NCBI RefSeq assembly: GCF_000092105.1
Contig: NC_014148.1
Coordinates: 2,190,001 to 2,222,000 of the forward strand
From: Planctopirus limnophila DSM 3776
GTDB taxonomy: Bacteria > Planctomycetota > Planctomycetia > Planctomycetales > Planctomycetaceae
Direction of reading: 5' to 3'
DNA: 32,000 nt
This document shows positions 17,255 through 23,837 of this stretch, one piece after another. Numbering within the stretch: position 1 is the first letter of the stretch; each line of letters starts with the position of its first letter. The notes under the pieces are model-generated. The model did no database searches and was not told the DNA's origin. It saw nothing but the letters and a program-made list of their open reading frames with translations. Made by a program: the position numbers and the translations under genes.

Positions 17255-19857
17255 AGCAGCGACTAACACTTCATCGCTGGTTATTAGTCATGACTGTGGC
17301 TGTATGGGGCTTCACCCTGAGCGACGCACTTTTCGCTCAGGAAGTCACCCCCGATACCAACGCACAACTCACTGAGACTACACAGACTTCAAGCAATCAG
17401 ACTTCAAGCAATCAGAATCCCACCACCAGCAACGCAGCCGTCGATGAAGCTGCCGAGGAGGCAGAAAAACTCCCGACGTTATCAACACTGGCTTTACCTG
17501 ATGCCAAGACATTGCTCAAAGGACGGCCTGTCGACTGGATCATTCTCAAAACTGACGAAGTGATTGTGGTTGAACCACTCGAACCTCGACCCGGCGCTCT
17601 CGAAAAGCAGATCAACGATCAACTGGAGGCCATGCGAAAGCCATTGCCACCCCAGAAAAATGCCATGGAACTCGAACAGTCGCGCCGCCGCGAATTGGGA
17701 ACACTCAAGATCACACTGGCCGATCCTGAGGATCCTCAACCGGAATACCGAATCGATCTCAAACTCATCCGGGAAGTTCTATACCATGAGGATTTGCTGC
17801 TTCGCCGGGTTGATGAGTTGCTGAAATCGGGCGAGACGGATGTGGCTTATGAACTGCTTTCCGAAATCTGCGAGATCGCTCCCGGCTGGCGAGGGACTCA
17901 GGAAAGACAAATCGATCTTTTGCGAACTGAAGCTCGTCTGGCTTTCAAGGCAGGAAACTCATCGCGTGCCAGAATCCGACTTCTCAAACTTTTGGAACTC
18001 AACGCGGCCAATCGTAACGACATCGCAGATCTTGTCACACTCACCCGCAAGGAGATCGAAGCTGGGGTGGCTGCCGGCAATATGCGTCTCGCGCGAGAGA
18101 TCCTTCAAAGCCTCCCCAGTTCGATTCGCCAGAGCCCGGCTTCGGAATCGCTTACCACGTTGGTTCCCTCAAGTCCTCGACCAACAACAACAATTCCTGC
18201 AAAGGCCAGCCATTGGGAACCGTGGCAAGAACTGATCAACTGGCGTCAAACGACCACTGATCTGCCACTGCTCAGAAAACTTTGGCGGGAACAGTCTCAA
18301 GGGAACGCGCTGTTGCGGATTGTCCGCACAAACGATGGGCGAAAAGACCTTCTCGAACTGACGGACGTTCGACTCTTTCAACAAGTCCCGCTGGTTTTCA
18401 ATGAGACGAAAAGACCTGTGTCCAGTGGCACAAGTCATAATACAATATGGTCATCGCCGATTCTTCAGAGCTGGGAACCGACAGATCTGGGTCGGCAGGA
18501 ACGACTCACTTTGAATCGGTTCGCTATCGAGGCTGGATGGAATGCCGATCGACTGGCCCAATGGCTGGGACAATCAACAGCCGATTCCTCCACTTTGCTG
18601 TCGCAATACATCGATGGCTACAAGGTCCTCAACGCTACCGAACTCGTGATCGATTTGCGGAGTTCACCACGCGCTTTCGAGGCCATTTTTTCTGACGCAC
18701 CACCCCTGAATTCAACACCGCACGGTCTGCCAGATGATCAATCTCAAAACCAACTCGCCGCCTGGCGACAGGTAGAATACGAAGCGGCGAGTTCATCGGA
18801 GCCGAAGTTATCGGGAGAGAAGCGATCGATCCAGCAGGTCGTCATCCTCCAGAGGAATCACGCCAGACCTGCCATCAGAAGCGTCTCGACTTCGTCCATT
18901 CACTGGATTCATCAGACAACACTCGATTCCGAGGCTGATGGTGTACGGGAATTACTGCGGGGTGAAGCCGATTTTTGCCCGGTGATCGATCCACAGGATG
19001 CCGTTCGATTCCAGAAAGACAGTCGATTTTTCACCATTCCTTATGCCACTCCATCGATCATCACTCTTCGATTTTCACCTCAATCACGGTTGGGGCAATG
19101 CGAGCCTTTAAGGCAAGCGATTAACCTTTGCCTGGATCGCAAAAAAATGGCAGAGGTGGTGGCAGGAACCGATGGAAAAAATTTCGTTCAACCAGCCACA
19201 CAATTTTCTGGCCAAGCGGCTGCTCGATCCAATTCATTACTTGGTGAACAACTCTCCGAGTTCGATCCACTGACGGCAGCCACATTTCTGCAACTTGCCA
19301 AAGGAAAGTGCCCGGAATTCAATCGCCCTCTCCGCTTCGAAAGACCAGCATCGGATGTCTTTCGTCGCTGTCAGGAGATGTTAACGAACACCTTGAATCG
19401 ACTGGGAATTGCTACGGAAACTGTTCCTGCAGATTCCGGTCTGGCTGATCTTCGCTGGGAACGCCAGGTCATTTCTAATCCAATCGACAACTGGATCAAC
19501 CTGATCCGGCCCGATGCTCCCCAACATTCCAACACGCGCTCCCCATGGAATCTCATCCACAGTACGACAAAGAATGGAAAAAGTGATGCTTCAGCGTTAG
19601 CGGAATTGGATTTTTCTGGTTCGAACTTTCGTTATCTTGCAGCCGAATTACAGCGTACCACGAATCCGGAGATTGCGACGAGACAGGCCTTGAAGCTCGA
19701 GTATGATCTCCGACTTTCCGCCTGGGTATTGCCCGTCCTCAGGATCACAGATCATGCCGTCTGTTCCAGAAAGCTCTCTCGCTTACCAGCGGAATTGAGT
19801 ACGCCTTTTGATGGGATTGAACAGTGGCTGATGAATCTGGAGGAAGAATCCAGATGA
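17251..19857 (+). CDS. Exported 868-aa protein of unknown function (signal peptide, Ser/Thr/Asn-rich linker, helical TPR-like region, weakly SBP-family-5-like C-terminal half)
   Basis: An N-terminal signal peptide is present (MKQRLTLHRWLLVMTVAVWGFTLSDALFAQE). ATGA overlaps the upstream stop at 17251-17254. A helical repeat stretch runs about LLRRVDELLKSGETDVAYELL...MRLAREILQSL. The C-terminal blocks LRQAINLCLDRKKMAEVV and FDPLTAATFLQLAKG resemble peptide/nickel solute-binding proteins. That resemblance is by eye only and low certainty. Confidence 0.8.
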   Translation: MKQRLTLHRWLLVMTVAVWGFTLSDALFAQEVTPDTNAQLTETTQTSSNQTSSNQNPTTSNAAVDEAAEEAEKLPTLSTLALPDAKTLLKGRPVDWIILKTDEVIVVEPLEPRPGALEKQINDQLEAMRKPLPPQKNAMELEQSRRRELGTLKITLADPEDPQPEYRIDLKLIREVLYHEDLLLRRVDELLKSGETDVAYELLSEICEIAPGWRGTQERQIDLLRTEARLAFKAGNSSRARIRLLKLLELNAANRNDIADLVTLTRKEIEAGVAAGNMRLAREILQSLPSSIRQSPASESLTTLVPSSPRPTTTIPAKASHWEPWQELINWRQTTTDLPLLRKLWREQSQGNALLRIVRTNDGRKDLLELTDVRLFQQVPLVFNETKRPVSSGTSHNTIWSSPILQSWEPTDLGRQERLTLNRFAIEAGWNADRLAQWLGQSTADSSTLLSQYIDGYKVLNATELVIDLRSSPRAFEAIFSDAPPLNSTPHGLPDDQSQNQLAAWRQVEYEAASSSEPKLSGEKRSIQQVVILQRNHARPAIRSVSTSSIHWIHQTTLDSEADGVRELLRGEADFCPVIDPQDAVRFQKDSRFFTIPYATPSIITLRFSPQSRLGQCEPLRQAINLCLDRKKMAEVVAGTDGKNFVQPATQFSGQAAARSNSLLGEQLSEFDPLTAATFLQLAKGKCPEFNRPLRFERPASDVFRRCQEMLTNTLNRLGIATETVPADSGLADLRWERQVISNPIDNWINLIRPDAPQHSNTRSPWNLIHSTTKNGKSDASALAELDFSGSNFRYLAAELQRTTNPEIATRQALKLEYDLRLSAWVLPVLRITDHAVCSRKLSRLPAELSTPFDGIEQWLMNLEEESR
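17384..17416 (+). repeat. Perfect 15-bp in-frame tandem duplication (2.2 copies)
   Basis: The unit agacttcaagcaatc occurs at 17384-17398 and again at 17399-17413, followed by aga. It encodes TSSNQ-TSSNQ in the linker just after the signal peptide of the 868-aa protein. Confidence 0.9.
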
Positions 19858-21482
19858 ACGTGTTCACCTATCGCGCAGGGATCATTGTTTTTGGCATTTG
19901 CCTGTGGTTATTGGCAAATGGTTTGAGCTTCACTCCGGAAGCAGGTCACAAAGTCATCGGGGCTGAAACAATCGGGGCAGAAGTGAACCCGGCTGATTCC
20001 CACAGCCTCGTGTCTTTGCCCGCCGCTGAAACGGCCATCGCCTGGGAATTGTCGCCTTATCGAGTGGCTTGGGAGATTCGTCATGACAATCATCAATTCG
20101 AAAACATGCCCCCACTTCCTCAGCAAGCAGAGTTCGGGTCACTGGTTTTAAGTACCAGTAAACGAATCAGTTCGGGCCTTTGGCAATCGACTCTTCGTCA
20201 CAAAAAAAGTGGTCAACCCGTTGCTGCTGCCGATGTCGAAATTGTCGTCCTTTGGAAAGTGGAGGGGGGTGGTTATGCGGCGATCGTCACGTTGGCTCAG
20301 CCTGCCTACAACCGCTTGGTGGAATTCTCCATCTCCCGACAACCTGATCTTGATGCACTGGCGAAAGCAGTCGTTCGCTCCTGCCTGAAGCAGTTTGCTC
20401 CCGAGTTGCGACTTGCGACGGGCTCATCCGGCCAATTGATGGCCACACATCGCGGCGAACTGCTGTTTCCAGAAGTGGCCACACGCTGGTCTCCTCGAAA
20501 CCTCCACCTGGCCATTCCGTGGATTTGCTATCTCGATGAACAGGGCAAGACCATCCGCCACGAACCGGTCGAGTGGACGGTTCTCGAATTACCAGCCGCT
20601 GGTGCGCCGATCCTGCATTCCGGAAGCCGAATCAATCTGGCAGGCCGTGGACGTTCGCAGATTGAACTCAAAGGATTACTGATACCACCCAATGACCAGT
20701 CAACTAAACTTTCCATACTCACTCTGGGAAGTCGGCAACCTCAACCGGGCCTCGATATCTTCGTTTCTCACGAGCCATTGGCAGCAGCCACTCGCGTGCA
20801 GTTGATTCAGAGTTTACAACCCTCCAATCAACAAAAAACTCCCACCACGACAGAAAACACCACCGCAGCGGCTGATTCGAAAAGTTTAGCAGCTTCGCCG
20901 CCACCCCGGCCATTCCTGGTCACCACGAACCTGCGCGGTGAGGTGCTCATCACTTCTCAATCTGAGCAGGATCAGTCTCGCCTATTGTGGCTGAATGTGT
21001 TCGGTGGCGATCAACTTCTGGCTCGCGTGCCGATGATTGCCGGAGCGGAAAGACAAGAGCAGTTGTTTCTTCCGGATGACGGGCCGCGACGTGAAGCGGA
21101 AGCTCAGCTCCAAAGTCTTGCCGATGAAATCACCCTTATTGTCGCCAGGAGGACTTCACTTCTGGCGCGCTTAAGAAATGCCTCCCGGCAAAGAAACTGG
21201 CAACTGGTGAGTGATCTGCGAAAACAAATCGGCCAACTCCCTACCGATCAAAATGTCGAAACCATGATCTCTGCGATTCAATCGACCAGTTCTGAAGCCG
21301 CCAAAAAAATCTCCAGCCGATCCGCAGCAGAACGTATCCGCAGACAATCTTCGGCGTTGCTCAAACTCGCGCAGCAGCACCTGGGCACTGAGGCACTCAA
21401 AGTTCTCGATGAAGAAATCGCTCAGTTGCGGGCATTGGACGACGCTGCTCCTCAAACTCCTCCCAAAGTCGATACTCCCTGA
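19854..21482 (+). CDS. Membrane-anchored or exported 542-aa protein of unknown function with a C-terminal coiled-coil-like region
   Basis: The ATG at 19854 overlaps the upstream TGA (ATGA, 19854-19857). It gives MNVFTYRAGIIVFGICLWLLANGLSF, a hydrophobic anchor or signal. The last 120 aa or so are heptad-like and charged (REAEAQLQSLADEITLIVARR...LKVLDEEIAQLRALDD). I recognise no family motif. Confidence 0.75.
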   Translation: MNVFTYRAGIIVFGICLWLLANGLSFTPEAGHKVIGAETIGAEVNPADSHSLVSLPAAETAIAWELSPYRVAWEIRHDNHQFENMPPLPQQAEFGSLVLSTSKRISSGLWQSTLRHKKSGQPVAAADVEIVVLWKVEGGGYAAIVTLAQPAYNRLVEFSISRQPDLDALAKAVVRSCLKQFAPELRLATGSSGQLMATHRGELLFPEVATRWSPRNLHLAIPWICYLDEQGKTIRHEPVEWTVLELPAAGAPILHSGSRINLAGRGRSQIELKGLLIPPNDQSTKLSILTLGSRQPQPGLDIFVSHEPLAAATRVQLIQSLQPSNQQKTPTTTENTTAAADSKSLAASPPPRPFLVTTNLRGEVLITSQSEQDQSRLLWLNVFGGDQLLARVPMIAGAERQEQLFLPDDGPRREAEAQLQSLADEITLIVARRTSLLARLRNASRQRNWQLVSDLRKQIGQLPTDQNVETMISAIQSTSSEAAKKISSRSAAERIRRQSSALLKLAQQHLGTEALKVLDEEIAQLRALDDAAPQTPPKVDTP

Positions 21483-21562
21483 CTCCGCTGAAAAACATCG
21501 CCACCGAACAGCATGACGACTGGCTGTTCTCGATCATCCCAACTGTGTAAAATCCGTTGATT

Positions 21563-22717
21563 ATGGCAGGAAACAGTTTTGGACAAGCATTTCGCATCAC
21601 GACCGCTGGCGAGAGCCACGGGCCGGGGAACGTTGTGATCGTCGATGGTGTTCCCGCGGGAATTCCACTGACGACAGACGATCTGCTGATCGATCTCAAT
21701 CGCCGCCGCCCCGGGCAAAGCCACATCACGACACAGCGCGATGAAGCTGACTTGCCCGAGATTCTCGCGGGTGTCTTTGAAGGACAGACGACAGGCACCA
21801 GCATTGCCATCCTCATTCGCAACACGGATCAGCGAAGCAAGGATTACGGCAACATTCAGGATGTCTACCGTCCCGGTCATGCCGATTTCACCCTGGATGC
21901 CAAGTATGGATTTCGAGACTACCGGGGAGGTGGAAGGTCGAGTGCCCGCGAAACCACTGCGCGCGTCGCAGCAGGGGCTATTGCCAAAAAGCTCCTCGCC
22001 CACGCATTGGGAGCCCAGGTGATTGGCTATGTCCATCAGGTGGGATCGATTGTCGCTGAAGTGCCTCATCCAGAATCAGTCACACTGCAGCAGGTTGAGT
22101 ATCTGGCTGATGGAACGCCGAACATTATCCGTTGCCCTGATGAAGCCACTGGCAGCCGGATGATTGCACTCATTGAAGAAGTGCGTAAGCAACAGGATTC
22201 AATTGGCGGTGCGGCCACAATTGTGGCTACTGGAATCCCTGCAGGACTGGGGGAACCTGTCTTCGATAAGCTGAAAGCCGATCTCGCAAAAGCTCTCTTC
22301 AGTCTCCCTGCGGTTCTGGGTGTGGAGTACGGCATTGGATTCGGCTGTGCCACCATGCGCGGGAGTGCCAACAACGATTACTTTGTCCCCAAAGATTCAT
22401 TTGACGCTTCGACTTCCGCGATTCCTGCGATTGATAACATCACCACACAAACGAATCGTCATGGCGGGATGCTGGGGGGCATTTCGAGTGGTCAGGCCAT
22501 CATTCTGCGTGCTGCTGTCAAGCCCACCAGCAGCCTGCCACTAGAGCAGCCCACCGTAACGCGGGCCGGTGAGGCCACGACAATACGCACCAAAGGGCGG
22601 CATGATCCTTGCCTTCTGCCGAGATTCATCCCCATGGCTGAAGCGATGGTCGCAATTGTGCTGGCCGATCATTGGCTCAGGTGGTGCGGGCAGAAAAACT
22701 GGAAGTCTGCCACTTAG
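21563..22717 (+). CDS. aroC: Chorismate synthase (384 aa)
   Basis: It contains FGQAFRITTAGESHGPG, LNRRRPGQSHITTQRDE, YRPGHADF, RSSARETTARVAAGA and KGRHDPC. All are canonical AroC blocks. Confidence 0.95.
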   Translation: MAGNSFGQAFRITTAGESHGPGNVVIVDGVPAGIPLTTDDLLIDLNRRRPGQSHITTQRDEADLPEILAGVFEGQTTGTSIAILIRNTDQRSKDYGNIQDVYRPGHADFTLDAKYGFRDYRGGGRSSARETTARVAAGAIAKKLLAHALGAQVIGYVHQVGSIVAEVPHPESVTLQQVEYLADGTPNIIRCPDEATGSRMIALIEEVRKQQDSIGGAATIVATGIPAGLGEPVFDKLKADLAKALFSLPAVLGVEYGIGFGCATMRGSANNDYFVPKDSFDASTSAIPAIDNITTQTNRHGGMLGGISSGQAIILRAAVKPTSSLPLEQPTVTRAGEATTIRTKGRHDPCLLPRFIPMAEAMVAIVLADHWLRWCGQKNWKSAT

Positions 22718-22748
22718 ATCTGCCTTCCGGAAGCAGGTAACAGTGCCC

Positions 22749-23171
22749 ATGAATATCCGCCATGCGTTCATTCAACTCGCCGCCAGACCTCGCGGCTGCC
22801 ACCTCGTGACCGATGAAGTCGTCTCTCAACTCGAGTCCTTGCCAAGTTCTGGCGACGGGCTCTTATTCGTGTTCATCATGCATACATCGGCCTCTCTGAC
22901 GATTAATGAGAATGCTGATCGCGACGTCCGTACTGACTTCGAGATGTCACTCAACCGATTGGTCCCCGAGAACTGGCCTTACGTTCATACGCTGGAAGGA
23001 GCAGACGATATGCCTGCCCATATCAAAGCCTCTCTGATGGGTTCCAGCGTGACAATTCCGGTGGTTCGTGGCCGATTGGCACTCGGAACCTGGCAAGGCA
23101 TTTATCTCTGTGAACACCGTGACCACGGTGGTTCTCGACGCTTGTCACTGACGCTGATGACTTCGCAATAA
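22749..23171 (+). CDS. YjbQ/UPF0047-family protein (secondary thiamine-phosphate synthase family), 140 aa
   Basis: It contains HTSASLTINENADRDVRTD, DDMPAHIKASLMGSSVTIPVVRGRLALGTWQGIYLCEHR and GGSRRL, typical of YjbQ. The longer ORF from 22569 would overlap aroC by 149 nt, so it was rejected. Confidence 0.85.
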   Translation: MNIRHAFIQLAARPRGCHLVTDEVVSQLESLPSSGDGLLFVFIMHTSASLTINENADRDVRTDFEMSLNRLVPENWPYVHTLEGADDMPAHIKASLMGSSVTIPVVRGRLALGTWQGIYLCEHRDHGGSRRLSLTLMTSQ

Positions 23172-23227
23172 TGGTATAACAATGACCAGTCCCAGCAGTT
23201 TCCTCATCCCGATAGAAAGAAGTTTCC

Positions 23228-23647
23228 ATGCACACAAAAGCTGTATCTGTTGCGACCTTCAAACTCTGGAGCCTCATTGTGACAGCCGCGATGATGTCTG
23301 CCTGTCTGCCTCAATCCGCCCTCAGTGACGACGCTGCTCCACAGCTTTTAAGGCACGTTGTGCTGTTCCAGTACAAGGAAGGCACCACACCAGAGCAGAT
23401 TGAAGAAGTCACCAAAGCGTTTGCTGGGCTAAAAGGAAAAATCAGCGAGATTGTCGATTTTGAATGTGGCACCGATGTCAGCGTTGAAGGCAAAGCGGGT
23501 GGCTTCACCCATGGATATGTGGTCACCTTCAAAAGCGAGAAGGATCGCGACACTTACCTGCCACATCCAGCCCATAAAGAGTTCGTCAAGCTTGTCGGGC
23601 CACGCCTGCAAAACGTGCTTGTCTTTGATTACTGGGTGAAGAAGTAA
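23228..23647 (+). CDS. Dabb (stress-responsive alpha/beta-barrel) domain protein with N-terminal signal or lipoprotein-like peptide (139 aa)
   Basis: HVVLFQYKEGTTPEQIEEV...GFTHGYVVTFKSEKDRDTYLPHPAHKEF...VLVFDYW matches the Dabb domain. The N-terminus has a hydrophobic segment ending in ...AAMMSAC. Confidence 0.85.
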   Translation: MHTKAVSVATFKLWSLIVTAAMMSACLPQSALSDDAAPQLLRHVVLFQYKEGTTPEQIEEVTKAFAGLKGKISEIVDFECGTDVSVEGKAGGFTHGYVVTFKSEKDRDTYLPHPAHKEFVKLVGPRLQNVLVFDYWVKK

Positions 23648-23688
23648 TCTGTCATATGCTTTCCATGAAAAAACAGCGATCTGTGTGC

Positions 23689-23718
23689 CATGCTTGCGGC
23701 TCTGGGCAAGCATGTTTT
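23689..23718 (+). terminator. Rho-independent terminator after the Dabb gene
   Basis: A perfect 9-bp GC-rich stem pairs catgcttgc (23689-23697) with gcaagcatg (23706-23714) around an 8-nt loop. TTTT follows at 23715-23718. Confidence 0.7.
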
Positions 23719-23769
23719 CGCGACCAACAACGCGCTTTTGTTTCCTGGAATACAGTATCAGACATCTTC

Positions 23770-23814
23770 AAAGGTAATCAGCCAACTGCAATAAGCAGTC
23801 GGCTGATTACCTTT
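23770..23814 (-). terminator. Long hairpin terminator downstream of the minus-strand CCP-fusion gene (possibly bidirectional)
   Basis: A perfect 14-bp stem pairs aaaggtaatcagcc (23770-23783) with ggctgattaccttt (23801-23814). After one mismatch it is extended by a 5-bp inner stem (actgc/gcagt) with loop aataa. A/T runs flank both sides. It lies 24 nt from the stop at 23838. Confidence 0.65.
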
Positions 23815-23837
23815 CTCTCTTTGACCGTGTGCGCTGC

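Noticed and set aside
21452-22069. 205-aa minus-strand ORF overlapping the 5' half of aroC
   Set aside because: The aroC frame is unequivocal, and the antisense ORF has no family features.
22569-22748. Long N-terminal extension of the yjbQ-family ORF (start at 22569)
   Set aside because: It would overlap aroC by 149 nt and add 60 residues with no similarity to the family. The ATG at 22749 gives the normal 140-aa YjbQ-size protein beginning MNIRHAFIQL.
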